Positions 40,562-51,508 of a DNA stretch of 64,000 nucleotides are shown in pieces; position 1 is the first letter of the stretch; the number at the start of each line of letters is the position of its first letter. This DNA comes from an uncultured Holophagales bacterium (GTDB lineage: Bacteria > Acidobacteriota > Thermoanaerobaculia > Multivoradales > UBA5704). Position numbers and translations under genes: made by a program. The stretch is taken from the NCBI GenBank assembly GCA_963842525.1, contig CAWJGT010000003.1, forward strand, positions 992,001 through 1,056,000. The letters run 5' to 3'. Under the pieces are notes generated by a model. That model saw nothing but the letters and a program-made list of their open reading frames with translations. It did not search any database and had not been told where the DNA came from.

Positions 40562-42605
40562 CTATTGGTAGTACCCGTTGATGTCCAGGATGAAGTGGGT
40601 GGTCCCGGCCGCCGAGTTCTGGACGCCGAAGGTGCCGGTTCCGTTGGTGGACAGCGTCAGGGTGGCGTTGTTGGCGCGGGTCTGGCCGGGCCGGAAGTTG
40701 ATGGAGCTCGTGCCCAGCGGGAAAGCGTTACCGGGGTAGAGCGAGAGCAGGCCGGCGGCCGATGGCGTGACGACAGTCACGTTGACCGAGAGGGCCTTGG
40801 CCGCCGCCGGGACGCCGCAGACGCCCGCGGCCGTGAAGATCCGCTGCTGTCCCGCGGAGAGAACAGGGCCGCCCAGGGGCCCGTTCGCGTTGCGCGTGTC
40901 GAGCATGCGGCAGGGGTTCAGGGTATAAAAACGCAGCCCGGCGGATGGGGGGGCATAGAAGTAGGCGTTGCTCTTCGTGGCACTGGTGCCGTCGGTGTTG
41001 GTCACCGTCACGCCCACGGCGCCGGTCGATCGGGCCGGCGTGAGCGCGGTGATGGTCGTGGGGCTGAGCACGGCGACCGACGTTGCCGCCGTGCCTCCGA
41101 AGCTCACGGTCGCACCGGCCCGGAAGTTGGTGCCGGTGATCGTCACCGGCCTGCCGCCCGCGGTCGTGCCGCTGTTCGGGAGCACCGCGACGACCGTCGG
41201 CGGCGGCGCGGCGCCGGAGGGGAAGATACAGGTGTTGACCCGGCTCTGGATCTTGGGATTGAGCAGGTTGACCGTCGCCGGGTGGAACACCAGCGAGAGG
41301 TTGCAGCCGCCGAGCAGGTGGCAGTAGCTCATCAGCGTCCCGCGGACGTTGGTGACGCCGTTGATCGTCGTCGCGGCCGGGCAGCTCGCAGCGCCGGAGT
41401 GGCACCCGGCGCCCTCGCTGCCGTAGCAGGTGTCGACCGGCGGGTTGTAGCAGTGGGTGTGGGGCGAGCCGAAGTTGTGGCCGATCTCGTGGGCCGTGAC
41501 CATGATCTCGCCGAAGGACGGCGTCGTGCCGCTCAGGAAGAGCTGGTTGTAGCTGTACCCGGTGCTCTTGCTGCAGAGCGCGTCGATCCAGGCGATGCCC
41601 GAGGCCCCGGAGCCGCCCCGGCCGGAGAGCATGGCCGCCACGGCGCGGTTGATGCTCGCATGATTGGTCGACCAATAATTCCTGAATTCCTGGAGCTTGG
41701 CGAAGGTGTCGGTGCCCGTCACCGTATAGGGATCCGGCGTCGTCGAGACGCGGAGGAACGTGTTCCCCTGGACGAGCCGGATCAGGAGGTCCCGCTCGTA
41801 GATGACGTTCATCGACGCGAACAGGCTGGCGATGAAGTTGGTCGCCGTCGTCGTGTTGTTCGCGAATTTGTTCTGCAGGAGCTCGTTGTCGGTGTCGATC
41901 GCGACCGAGGCGGTATGCAGGCTGGTGATCGCTGCCGCGAAGATCGGCTCGGTGGCGGCGGCCTGCGCCCGTTCCTCCAGGAACTCCAGGGGGGCGCCGT
42001 CCTGGTCGCACCGCCACTGGTCCGGCGTCTCGGGCTTGTCGCGGAAGTAGTCCGACGGCGCGACCAGGTGCTGCCGAGGGCCGGCAGTCTGGCCCGGTGC
42101 GGTCTCGAGCGGGCGCAGCTCGTGGGGCTTGCCCTCCTCGACGGCGAGGCCCCGGAGCTTCCCGGCTGTCCGGGTCGATGGAGACCATGACCCGGGTCCC
42201 CACGTCGCCCTCGGCCGCTCCCCAGAAGAAGACGAGGCTCGAGCGCGGCACCTCGGTGGGAGCGCCCTTGCCGACCTTCCAGATCTTCGCGTCGGGCGCA
42301 TAGACCTCATGGCGGGTGACGAGCACGTCCGCCCGTCGCTCGGGGGTGATCGGCCAGCCGGCGAGCCGCGCCTCCTCACCGACCTGCAGGCGCAGGAGCT
42401 GGGGCACCGGGTCCACCCCGAACGTCACCAGCTCGGCGCGGTTCGGGTTTCCTGCCGCCGCCTCGATCACCTGCCCCTCGACGGCGGAATCGATCCGGAT
42501 CGGCGCCCGGGCCTGGGTTGGCGATGCGGCCCACGTCGCCGTCGAGACGAGCAGACCAGCGGAAACAACACTCACCACCCCGAAGAGTCGACGGAAGCTC
42601 TCCAT
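40562..42605 (-). CDS. secreted M12B/reprolysin-like metalloprotease with IPT/TIG domain; frameshift near 42165
   Basis: HEIGHNFGSPH zinc motif, LMSY Met-turn, IPT (PNSGTTAGG..VTITGTNF), C-terminal PCRMLDTR...DINGYYQ domain. Confidence 0.88.
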
Positions 42606-42712
42606 GAAGGGCACCTCCTGCGTTTGACCGCTGACATAACAGCTTATCGCTAACCGTCTATTCCCGGAAGACCTGGATTCCGCGAGAGGGCGCCTGGAGC
42701 CGGGGTGAGCCC

Positions 42713-42916
42713 GTGTGGGACCGCTGGCGGCCGACGGCGATGTTGATGCCGCTGACCCCGTGGGTCGTGGCCCAGGTCCTGGTCGCCAACGGTCTGCTCG
42801 GCCTGGTTTTCGGCTGGCTCTACTGGCGCGACGGCCTGGAGAGCGCCATGGTGGCGCACTTCTCGACCGACATCATCCTGCACGTGATCGGGCCGCTGCT
42901 GCCGTTCGGCAGTTAG
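42713..42916 (+). pseudogene. CPBP (CAAX/Abi) intramembrane protease C-terminal remnant
   Basis: NGLLGLVFGWLYWRDGLESAMVAHFSTDIILH motif; no N-terminal half. Confidence 0.6.
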
Positions 42917-42934
42917 GCGCAGCAGCGGCGGCCG

Positions 42935-44992
42935 CTACTGGTAGTACCCATTGACATCCAGGATGAAGTGCGTGACCCCGGCCGTCGCGTTCTCGACGCC
43001 GAAAGTGCCGGTCCCACTGGTGGACAGCATCAGCGTCGCGTTGTTGGCGATGGTCTGGCCGGCCCGGAAGCTGATCGAGCTCGTACCCAGCGGGAAGGCG
43101 TTGCCGGGATAGAGCGAGAGCAGGCCGGCGGCCGAGGGCGTGGCGACGGTCATGTTGGCCGACAGGGCCTTGGCGCCCGCCGGCACGCCGCAGGCGCCCG
43201 TTGCCGTGAAGGTCCGCTGCTGCCCTGCCGAGAGCACGGGTCCTCCCAAGGGGCCGTTGGCGTTGCGCGTGTCGAGGATGCGGCAGGGGGACAGGGTGTA
43301 GAAGCTCAGCGCCGCAGCGGGCGGAGCATAGAAGTAGGCGTTGGCCTTCGTCGCGTTGGTGGCATCGGTGTTGGTCACCGTCACACCCACGGCGCCGGTC
43401 GATCGGGCAGGCGTGATCGCGGTGATGACCGTGGGGTTGACCACGATGACGCCGCTTGCCGCCGTGCCTCCGAAGGCCACCGTTGCACCGGCCCGGAAGT
43501 TGGTGCCGGTGATCACCACCGGTGTGCCGCCCGCGGTCGTGCCGCTGTTCGGGAGCACCGCGGCGATCGTCGGCGGCCCATCCACGGGGAAGATGCAGGT
43601 GTTGACGCGGCTCTCGATAAGAGGGTTGAGCAGGTCGATCGTCCGCTGGTGGAAGACCTCCGCGGCGGCGCATCCGCCCAGGAGGTGGCAGTAGCTCATC
43701 ACCGTGCCCCGCACGTTGGGGATGCCGCTCATGGTCGCCGGGGCCGGGCAGCTCGTGGGGCCCACGTAGCACTCGCCGCTGAAGCAGGTATCGATCGGCG
43801 GACTGTAGCAATGCGTGTGGTGCGAGCCGAAGTTGTGGCCGATCTCGTGGCCGACCAGGGAGCTGTCGAAGGTGGCCGTGTTGGCCGCGAACGTGAAGAC
43901 CATGCTGAAGCTGTAGCCGCTGGCCGTGCTGCAGAGCACGTTGAGGCTGGCACGCCCCGCGGCCTGGTTGGAGAAGGGGCTCTTGCCGGAGAGCATCATC
44001 ACGAGGGCACGAGCGACCCCGCTGTGATTGGTGGTCCAGTTGCTGGCAAGCTCGCTCAACTGCGCATTGGTGACGAATCCGTTCCCGTCGGGCGGCTGCA
44101 CATACGGATCACTGCCGGTGCGCAGGAACGTGGTGCCCTGGAGGAGGCGGATCTTGAGGTCCCGTTCGTACATCACGTTCATCGAAGCGATCAGGCTCGC
44201 GATGTAGTTGGAAGCCGTCGTCGTGTTGTTCGCGAATTTCACCGACATGAATTCGGTGTCGGTATCGACAGCGAGGGTCGCGGTATGGAGCGAGGTGATC
44301 GCCGCGGCGAAGATGGGCTCGACCGGCTCGTCCGCCGGGGCCTGGGCCTTCTCGGCGAGGAAGGGGAGGATCTCCTGCTGGCCCTGCCCGCAGCCCCAAT
44401 TCGGCTTCTGTCCGGCCTTGGCCAGCTCGTCATGGAAGAACGCGGACGGCGCGATCACGTGCTGGCGGTCGCCCGCGGCAACCTTCTGGACCGCGCTCAG
44501 CGGGCGGAGGTTGTAGACCGCTCCCGCCTTCGAGGCGAAACCCTCGATCTGCCCGCTCTCCGGGTCGAGCGAGAGGAAGGCCCAGGTCTCCTCGTCATCC
44601 TCGGCCTGCCCCCAGTAGAAGGCGAGCTTCGAGCGGGGCACCTCCGCGAGGCGTCCCTCGTCCACGTGCCAGATCCTGGCGTCGGGGGCGTAGACCTCGT
44701 GCCGGGTCAGCAGCACGTCGGCCCGTTCCTCGGGCGCCACCGGCCAGCCGGCGATCCGGACTTCCTGGTCCGGAGCAACGCGCAGCAGGGACGACGGCAG
44801 GTCCGCCCCGAAGGTGACCAGCTCGGCGCGGTCCGGGCTTCCGGCCGCCTCGACCACCTGCCCCTGGACGGCGGAATCGATTCGGATCGGCGTCCGGGCT
44901 TGAGCTGGCGGAGCGGCCCACATCACCGCCGAGGCCAGCAGACCAGCGGAGAAGACACTCACCACTCCGAAGAGTCGACGCAAGCTCTCCAT
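42935..44992 (-). CDS. secreted M12B/reprolysin-like metalloprotease with IPT/TIG domain (paralog)
   Basis: HEIGHNFGSHH, VMSY, IPT and the same C-terminal domain; AGGAGG RBS. Confidence 0.92.
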   Translation of the reverse strand: MESLRRLFGVVSVFSAGLLASAVMWAAPPAQARTPIRIDSAVQGQVVEAAGSPDRAELVTFGADLPSSLLRVAPDQEVRIAGWPVAPEERADVLLTRHEVYAPDARIWHVDEGRLAEVPRSKLAFYWGQAEDDEETWAFLSLDPESGQIEGFASKAGAVYNLRPLSAVQKVAAGDRQHVIAPSAFFHDELAKAGQKPNWGCGQGQQEILPFLAEKAQAPADEPVEPIFAAAITSLHTATLAVDTDTEFMSVKFANNTTTASNYIASLIASMNVMYERDLKIRLLQGTTFLRTGSDPYVQPPDGNGFVTNAQLSELASNWTTNHSGVARALVMMLSGKSPFSNQAAGRASLNVLCSTASGYSFSMVFTFAANTATFDSSLVGHEIGHNFGSHHTHCYSPPIDTCFSGECYVGPTSCPAPATMSGIPNVRGTVMSYCHLLGGCAAAEVFHQRTIDLLNPLIESRVNTCIFPVDGPPTIAAVLPNSGTTAGGTPVVITGTNFRAGATVAFGGTAASGVIVVNPTVITAITPARSTGAVGVTVTNTDATNATKANAYFYAPPAAALSFYTLSPCRILDTRNANGPLGGPVLSAGQQRTFTATGACGVPAGAKALSANMTVATPSAAGLLSLYPGNAFPLGTSSISFRAGQTIANNATLMLSTSGTGTFGVENATAGVTHFILDVNGYYQ

Positions 44993-45064
44993 CAAGGCAC
45001 CTCCTGTGTTGGACCGCTGGCATAGGAGTATATCGCCAATTCTCTATCACGGGAAGGGGGGGTG

Positions 45065-45101
45065 AAAAACGCGGGCCGGCCTCCTGGGAAACCGGCCCGC
45101 G
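45065..45101 (-). terminator. rho-independent terminator
   Basis: CGCGGGCCGG/CCGGCCCGCG stem with a T5 tail on the minus strand. Confidence 0.6.
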
Positions 45102-45116
45102 GGAAGTGGAAAGCCG

Positions 45117-45356
45117 TCAGATTGCGCGAGCGAGGATGAGGAAGGTCGTGGCAATCAAGGCCAAGGTGCCGGCGACTCCGAAGGCGCCCTCGGAGATTTC
45201 TCCGAGCGTCTTGGTCTGTGGCTGCCGCGACCATCGCGCGTAGGCCTGTCGGCGAAAGGTCGGCGAGATCAAGAAGAACCAACCCGCCGTGGCCGAGGTG
45301 AGGAAGCCGAACAGCAGGCCCATCAACCAGGCGGTGAATTGGATCATGGCGGCCAT
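45117..45356 (-). CDS. small two-TM hypothetical protein
   Basis: AGGAGG RBS; two hydrophobic segments. Confidence 0.55.
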   Translation of the reverse strand: MAAMIQFTAWLMGLLFGFLTSATAGWFFLISPTFRRQAYARWSRQPQTKTLGEISEGAFGVAGTLALIATTFLILARAI

Positions 45357-45400
45357 CTCGCGTCCCTCCTGCCCTCTATACGGTGCCAAGGGCCTCTTTG

Positions 45401-46645
45401 TTACGAACGGACGCGATGTGGCGTTTGCCTCACCACTCCGGCCGCCAGCAGCCCGCTGATCTCCTTCCGTCCCAGGCCCGCCTCCCGCAGGACCTCGACC
45501 GTGTGCTCGCCGAGAGCCGGCGGAGGCAGGGAGGGGAGCGCCCGCTTCCCATCCAGGAGGAAGGGAGCGGCGACCGTGGAGAGGTCGCCGTAGGCCCCGG
45601 GTGGAAGAGGGCGGACCTGGCCGCGGACGCGGGCCTTTTCGACGGATTCTCCGACGCCGGCCACGGGGCCTCCCGGGATGCGGTGCTCGCGCATGGTCCG
45701 TTCCCAATGGTTGATAGGCCGCGTCGAGAAGGTGTCGCCGAGGAGGCGGTCCAGCTCCTCGCGGTTCCTCACCCGGGCCTCGTTGCTGTGGAAGCGGGGA
45801 TCGCTCTCGAGGTCCGGCCGCTCGATCGCCTGGCAAAAGCGGCGCCAGAGGTCCTGGCTGCCGACCCCGACGACGAACCAGCCGTCGCTCGCGCGAAAGG
45901 CCTGGTAGGGGGCGAGGTTCGGATGCCGCGAGCCGAGCGGCGGCGGCTGCCGGCCGTCGGCGAGCCAGGACTGCGCGGCATAGGAGAGGAAGGAGGTCCC
46001 GGCGTCCATCATGGAGACCTCGACCCGCCGGCCGCGGCCGGTTGCGTCGCGGGTCCGCAACGCCGCCAGCAGCCCCGCGAGGCCGTAGAGGGCCGAGAGG
46101 ACGTCGACGACGGCGATCCCCGTCCGCACCGGCTCGCCCTCCCCGAACCCGGTCAGCGACATCAGCCCGGATTCGGCCTGGAGGACCACGTCGTAGGCCG
46201 GGCGGTCGGCGTCGGGACCGGCGGACCCGTAGCCGCTCACCGTGCAGTGGACGAGCCGCGGATGGCGCCGTTGGAGCCGCGAGCTGCGGAACCCGAGCTT
46301 CCGCCACTCTCCGGGCAGGAAGTTCTCGACCAGGACGTCCGCCGTGGCCAGGAGCCGGTGGAAGACGTCCTTTCCCGCCGCGGTCTTGAGGTCCAGGGCA
46401 ATCGATCGCTTGTTCCGGTTGATGGAGAGGAAATAGGCGGAGACGCGCGCCTCCTCCGTCCCTACGAAGGGCGGCCCCCAGGCCCGGGTCTGGTCGCCGC
46501 CGTCGGGCTTTTCGATCTTGACGACGTCCGCTCCCAGATCGCCCAGCAGCATGGCGAGATAGGGACCGGCAAGCACGCGCGAAGCATCGACCACACGGAC
46601 GCCGGCCAGGGGAGCGTTGCGTCTGGATCGGCGGCGTGCGGGCAT
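45401..46645 (-). CDS. CaiB/BaiF class III CoA-transferase
   Basis: PLAGVRVVD...LAGPY...LGADVVKIE, NRNKRSI, DVLVENF, YDVVLQAESG, PPALGEHT. Confidence 0.93.
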   Translation of the reverse strand: MPARRRSRRNAPLAGVRVVDASRVLAGPYLAMLLGDLGADVVKIEKPDGGDQTRAWGPPFVGTEEARVSAYFLSINRNKRSIALDLKTAAGKDVFHRLLATADVLVENFLPGEWRKLGFRSSRLQRRHPRLVHCTVSGYGSAGPDADRPAYDVVLQAESGLMSLTGFGEGEPVRTGIAVVDVLSALYGLAGLLAALRTRDATGRGRRVEVSMMDAGTSFLSYAAQSWLADGRQPPPLGSRHPNLAPYQAFRASDGWFVVGVGSQDLWRRFCQAIERPDLESDPRFHSNEARVRNREELDRLLGDTFSTRPINHWERTMREHRIPGGPVAGVGESVEKARVRGQVRPLPPGAYGDLSTVAAPFLLDGKRALPSLPPPALGEHTVEVLREAGLGRKEISGLLAAGVVRQTPHRVRS

Positions 46646-46702
46646 GGGACGGGTCCGGATGATACGACGGCGACCGCGGATTAGTGGTAGAAAGGGGTCC
46701 CC

Positions 46703-48103
46703 ATGCACTTGGTCAACGACATCCACTCCGGCCTGAACGAGACGCGGGTGCTCCGCGTGCTGGAGGCGGGCTGCCTGGAGACCGTGGTGCGGATCGTACG
46801 GCAGGCGCGGGCGGAGGGGGTGGCCGTCTCGATCGCCGGGGGCCGGCACGCCATGGGCGGGCAGCAGTTCGGCACCGGTACGATCCTCCTCGACATGAGC
46901 TCCATGCGGCGGATCCTCGATCTGGATCCCGAGCATGGGCTCCTCGAGGTCGAAGCCGGCATCCTCTGGCCGGAGCTGATCAACGGCTGCCTGGCCCTCC
47001 AGGCGTCCCAGAACGGCCGGTCGCCCGTCTGGGGGATCGTCCAGAAGCAGACCGGGGCCGACCGGTTGAGCCTCGGCGGCACCCTGGGCGCCAACGGCCA
47101 CGGCCGCGGCCTGACCCTGCGGCCGTTCGTGGCCGACGTGGAGGCCGTGCGGCTGGTCGACCCCAACGGCGAGGTCCGGCGGTGCAGCCGGACGGAGGAC
47201 CCCGAGCTGTTCTCCCTGGTCGTCGGCGGGTACGGCCTCTTCGGAGTCGTCACCGCCCTCACGCTCCGCCTCGTTCCGCGGCGCAAGCTGGAGCGGGTCG
47301 TCGAGATCAGCCACATGGACGGTCTGGCAGAAGCCTTCGCGGAACGCATCCAGGACGGCTTCCTCTATGGCGATTTCCAGTTCTCGATCGACGACCGGTC
47401 GCCGGGCTTCCTCGACGAAGGGGTCTTCTCCTGCTATCGGCCGGTGGACCCGGGCACGCCGATCCCGGAGGGACAGAAGGAGCTCTCGGACGACGACTGG
47501 CGGGAGCTCCTCTGGCTCGCGCATGCCGACAAGGCCAAGGCCTTCGAACGCTACGCCGCGCACTACCTGGCCACGGACGGCCAGATCTACTGGTCGGACA
47601 CCCACCAGCTCAGCCCGTACTTCGACGGCTATCACGCCGATCTCGACACCCGGCTCGGCCGGCCGCACTCGGCGAGCGAGGTCATCACCGAGATCTACGT
47701 GCCCCGGCCACGGCTCACCGACTTCATGAAGGAGGCGGGGAAGATCCTCCGCCGCCACCATACCGAGGTCATCTACGGCACGGTCCGGCTGATCGAGCGG
47801 GACAACGAGTCCTTCCTCGCCTGGGCGCGCGAGCCGTGGGCCTGCGTGGTCTTCAACCTGTGCACGTCCCATACGCCGGAGGGGACGGCGCGCGCGGCCG
47901 AGGCCTTCCGCCGGCTCATCGACCTGGCCGTCGCCCGCGGCGGCAGCTACTTCCTCACCTATCACCGCTATGCCCGGCGCGACCAGGTCGAAGCCTGCCA
48001 TCCCCGGCTGCGTGAGTTCCTTCGCCGCAAGCTCGAGCGCGATCCCGAAGAGCGGTTCCAGAGCGACTGGTACCGCCATTACCGGGACCTTCTGCGGGGT
48101 TGA
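46703..48103 (+). CDS. FAD-binding (FAD_binding_4, VAO-type) oxidoreductase
   Basis: IAGGRHAMGGQ, SLGGTLGANGHG, GGYGLFGVV, GGSYFLTYH. Confidence 0.88.
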   Translation: MHLVNDIHSGLNETRVLRVLEAGCLETVVRIVRQARAEGVAVSIAGGRHAMGGQQFGTGTILLDMSSMRRILDLDPEHGLLEVEAGILWPELINGCLALQASQNGRSPVWGIVQKQTGADRLSLGGTLGANGHGRGLTLRPFVADVEAVRLVDPNGEVRRCSRTEDPELFSLVVGGYGLFGVVTALTLRLVPRRKLERVVEISHMDGLAEAFAERIQDGFLYGDFQFSIDDRSPGFLDEGVFSCYRPVDPGTPIPEGQKELSDDDWRELLWLAHADKAKAFERYAAHYLATDGQIYWSDTHQLSPYFDGYHADLDTRLGRPHSASEVITEIYVPRPRLTDFMKEAGKILRRHHTEVIYGTVRLIERDNESFLAWAREPWACVVFNLCTSHTPEGTARAAEAFRRLIDLAVARGGSYFLTYHRYARRDQVEACHPRLREFLRRKLERDPEERFQSDWYRHYRDLLRG

Positions 48104-48107
48104 GCCC

Positions 48108-49019
48108 GTGCGAGAGCATCGCCCCAGTGCGACGGCGTACCTGATCGCCCGGTCCCTGCTCTTCCTGTCGAGAGACCCGGAGACCGCGCCCCTGAACCCA
48201 CCCGGAACAGCCGAGGCCTGCGGCTGGTTCGTCGATCTCGTGGCGCCGTCCGACGGCCGGTGGGCGCGCCGGGCCGGGGCCAGTCCCATGCTCCGCCGGC
48301 TCGCCTATGCGTCCGAGCGCCTGACGATCCCCGGGATCATGCTGCACTACGCGATCCGCAAACGCTTCCTGGAGGACGCGACCCGCCGGGCCCTGGCTGC
48401 GGGGATCGAGCAGGTCGTGGTCCTCGGCGCGGGGCTCGACACCCTGGCCCTGCGGCTCCACCGCGAATTCCCGGACGTCCTCTTCGTCGAGTGCGATCAT
48501 CCGGCCACGCAGCGGGTCAAGCGCCGGGCCCTGGAGGCGCACGCCCGGACCGGCCCCAACTTCCAGCTCCTGCCGGTGGACCTCGCCCGCCGGAGCCTGG
48601 CGAGCGTAATCGCCTCGCTGCCGGAGTACCGTCAAGGCGCCGACACCCTGCTCTTCGCCGAGGGGCTCACCATGTACCTCCAGGAGCAGGAGATCGACGA
48701 GCTCTTCGCCTTCCTGTGGGACCACGCAGGCGCCGGCAGCCGCTTCGCCTTCACCTTCATGGAGCCCCAGGCGAACGGCAAGGTGGACTTTCCGAGCGCG
48801 ACGCCGCTGGTCCGCCTCTGGCTGCGCCTGGTGGGGGAGCCGTTCACCTGGGGGGTTCAGCGGCAGGACCTTCCCCGGTTCCTCGCCGAGCGCGGCTTTA
48901 CCTTGGAGGATCTGGCCGACGACCAGATCCTGCGCGAGCGTTATCTCGTCCCCGCCGGCCTGGCCGGCCGCCGGTTGGCGGTGGGGGAATATGTCTGCGT
49001 GGCGCGGCGGATGCCGTGA
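48108..49019 (+). CDS. SAM-dependent methyltransferase, LCM/TIGR00027-like
   Basis: QVVVLGAGLDT, ECDHPATQRVK, FAEGLTMYL, GEPFTWG. Confidence 0.88.
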   Translation: MREHRPSATAYLIARSLLFLSRDPETAPLNPPGTAEACGWFVDLVAPSDGRWARRAGASPMLRRLAYASERLTIPGIMLHYAIRKRFLEDATRRALAAGIEQVVVLGAGLDTLALRLHREFPDVLFVECDHPATQRVKRRALEAHARTGPNFQLLPVDLARRSLASVIASLPEYRQGADTLLFAEGLTMYLQEQEIDELFAFLWDHAGAGSRFAFTFMEPQANGKVDFPSATPLVRLWLRLVGEPFTWGVQRQDLPRFLAERGFTLEDLADDQILRERYLVPAGLAGRRLAVGEYVCVARRMP

Positions 49020-49044
49020 CCCGAATCCTTGAGATGAAGGGGAG

Positions 49045-51492
49045 ATGCATGGCCTGCTGAGCGAGGTCAAGCACGCCTTGCGCGGACTGGTCCGGAGCCG
49101 CACGCTCCTGGTCTCGGGTGTCCTGTGCCTCGCCTTGGGGATCGGGGCCAATGCCACGATGCTCGGGATCCTCGACACCCTTCTCTTCCGCCCTCCCGCC
49201 CACGTCGTGAAGGCGGATTCATTGAAACGGCTTTTCTTCACCGATAGCTTGCCCGGCTTCGGTGAATTCACCTCCGCCTCGACCTCGTATCCCGTCTACG
49301 CCGACCTCCGAAGAGACAACGACGACTTCTCGGCGATGGGGGCCTTCGCCACGACGGACCTTTCCCTTGATCGGGGAGCAGGGGCACGGAAAGTCCGGGT
49401 CGCTCTCGTCACTGCCAGTTTCTTGTCTGCTCTCGGAGTCAAGCCCGTCCAGGGGCGTCTCTTTACCCAGAACGAGGGCGACATCCCGGCTCCCAGTTTT
49501 GTGGCCCTGGCAAGCCACGAGCTCTGGCGCCGTGATTTCGCGGGCGAGAGCTCTCTCCTGGGCAAGGAGCTCAGGCTGGGCCGCGCCCTTTATACGATCG
49601 TTGGGGTGCTCCCCTCCGGCTTTACCGGCGTCGGCCTCGAAGCGGTCGACCTCTGGCTGCCGATCAACGCATTCGATCAGGTCATCGGTCCTGGTTGGAA
49701 CGAGAGCCGAGGCTCGTCCTTCCTGCATGTCGTGGGGCGGCTCCGGCCGGGAGTCGCTGTGGATGTTGCGCAGCGCCGGGCGACCCAGGTGCTCCGGGCG
49801 GGAAGCACGGCGGAGGGTCCCGGTCCCACTGCCCGCGTTTCTCTGCATCCCATCCAGCGCGCCAGGACACCCGGGAGATCTCCTGACGCGCGGATCGCGC
49901 AGTGGATCGCGGGAGTCTCCTTCGTCGTCCTGGCCATCGCAGGCCTCAATGTCGCCAATCTGCTGTTGGTGCGCTGGTCCGAGCGGCGGCGCGAGATCGC
50001 CCTCCGGCTCGCCCTGGGTGCAGGGCGAGCCCGGATCGCGATGTGCGTCCTTGCGGAAAGCGTGGTGCTGACCGCGTTCGGCGGCGCGGCGGCCTTGGCG
50101 GTGGCGATCGCCGGGGGCTCTCTTCTGCGGGCTTTCCTCCTGCCCGAGGGAACCCTTCCGGGAAGCTCTCTGGACCTGCGCCGGCTTGCGCTCTTTGCTC
50201 TGCCGACGCTCGGCGCGGCGCTCCTCTGCGGTGTGGTGCCGGCGCTCTGGGCCAGTCGGACCGATCCGGCGGCCGCCGGCACCTCCGGAGTGGTCCGGGG
50301 CATGGGGCGGGCCCCTTCCCGCCTGCAGATCGTGGTGCTTGCCGGACAGATGGCTCTGACGCTCGTGCTCCTGGTGGCAGCGGGCCTTTTCATCTTCAGC
50401 CTGCGCAACGTGCGCCGGCTCGATCTCGGTCTGGACGTGGGGCAGGTGTTGGTTGCCACGACGGACCTCGAGGGGATGGGACTTCCCGAGGCACGGAGCG
50501 TGTCGGTCTACCGCAGCGCCCTCGACCGCATCCGCAGCGTTCCGGGAGTGGAGCACGCGAGTCTCGCCGCCATGGTTCCCTTCCACTCCAGCTATGCCCC
50601 GGGAATTTCGTTGCCGGGCCGTGGCGAGCTGCCGAGCCTTCCGACCGGTGGCCCCTACCTCAATGCTGTCTCCGAAGACTTCTTCGCGACCGTCGGCATG
50701 TCGGTGCGGCGCGGCCGGGCTCTCCTGGCAACCGATCGCGAAGGCGCGATGCGGGTGGCTGTGGTCAACGAGACCATGGCGGGCCTCCTCTGGCCTGGCG
50801 AGGACCCGCTTGGCAAATGCCTCGGCCTCGGTGGCCCGGAGGCCGCCTGCTCTCTCGTCGTCGGCGTTGTGGAAGACGCCCGCCGGTTGGGGCTGCAAGA
50901 GGGGCGGACGATGCAGCTTTACGTTCCCATTGCGCAGGCTCCTTCGGGCCTGGGCCCCCGGGCTCTCCTCGCCCGGGTGTCCGAAAACGGTCCGGCTCTG
51001 CGAGGCACGCTCCGCCGCGAAGTCCAGGCCCTCGATCCGGAGCTTCCTTTCGTGGACGTCCACAGCCTTGCCGACCTGCTCGAGCCTCAGGTCCGGCCCT
51101 GGCGGCTCGGGATGACGGTCTTTACTCTCTTGAGCTTGCTTGCGCTGGTCCTGGGAGTGGTCGGGATTGGTGCCACGACCCTCTCGGCCATGATCCGAAG
51201 GACCTATGATCTTGCCATTCGAGGGGCGGTTGGAGCCCGGCCGCACCAGATCCTCTGGCTGGTCGTCCGGCAGGGCATTGGGAGCGCGGCCCTCGGAGCC
51301 GGCCTCGGGCTGGCTGCGGTGCTCGTTGCGGGCCGTGCGATCGAGCCGCTCCTCTTCCAGGTCTCGGCGCGAGATCCCGGCATCCTGGCAGGGGCTGTCC
51401 TGGTCCTGATGGCCGCCGCCACCGTGGCGAGCTGTATCCCCGGCTGGCGGGTCCTGCGCCTCGATCTGGCGTCGGTCCTGAGAGCCGAGTGA
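49045..51492 (+). CDS. ADOP-family (MacB/FtsX duplicated) ABC permease
   Basis: LALGIGANAT, NVANLLLVR...RRREIALRLALGAGR, second MacB periplasmic domain; no partner ATPase adjacent. Confidence 0.9.
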   Translation: MHGLLSEVKHALRGLVRSRTLLVSGVLCLALGIGANATMLGILDTLLFRPPAHVVKADSLKRLFFTDSLPGFGEFTSASTSYPVYADLRRDNDDFSAMGAFATTDLSLDRGAGARKVRVALVTASFLSALGVKPVQGRLFTQNEGDIPAPSFVALASHELWRRDFAGESSLLGKELRLGRALYTIVGVLPSGFTGVGLEAVDLWLPINAFDQVIGPGWNESRGSSFLHVVGRLRPGVAVDVAQRRATQVLRAGSTAEGPGPTARVSLHPIQRARTPGRSPDARIAQWIAGVSFVVLAIAGLNVANLLLVRWSERRREIALRLALGAGRARIAMCVLAESVVLTAFGGAAALAVAIAGGSLLRAFLLPEGTLPGSSLDLRRLALFALPTLGAALLCGVVPALWASRTDPAAAGTSGVVRGMGRAPSRLQIVVLAGQMALTLVLLVAAGLFIFSLRNVRRLDLGLDVGQVLVATTDLEGMGLPEARSVSVYRSALDRIRSVPGVEHASLAAMVPFHSSYAPGISLPGRGELPSLPTGGPYLNAVSEDFFATVGMSVRRGRALLATDREGAMRVAVVNETMAGLLWPGEDPLGKCLGLGGPEAACSLVVGVVEDARRLGLQEGRTMQLYVPIAQAPSGLGPRALLARVSENGPALRGTLRREVQALDPELPFVDVHSLADLLEPQVRPWRLGMTVFTLLSLLALVLGVVGIGATTLSAMIRRTYDLAIRGAVGARPHQILWLVVRQGIGSAALGAGLGLAAVLVAGRAIEPLLFQVSARDPGILAGAVLVLMAAATVASCIPGWRVLRLDLASVLRAE

Positions 51493-51508
51493 CAGCCCGG
51501 CAGGTCCA

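Noticed and set aside
45401-48289. 962-aa ORF as a single fusion protein
   Set aside because: Its first ~550 aa are antisense to the FAD oxidoreductase; only 45401-46645 is the CoA-transferase.
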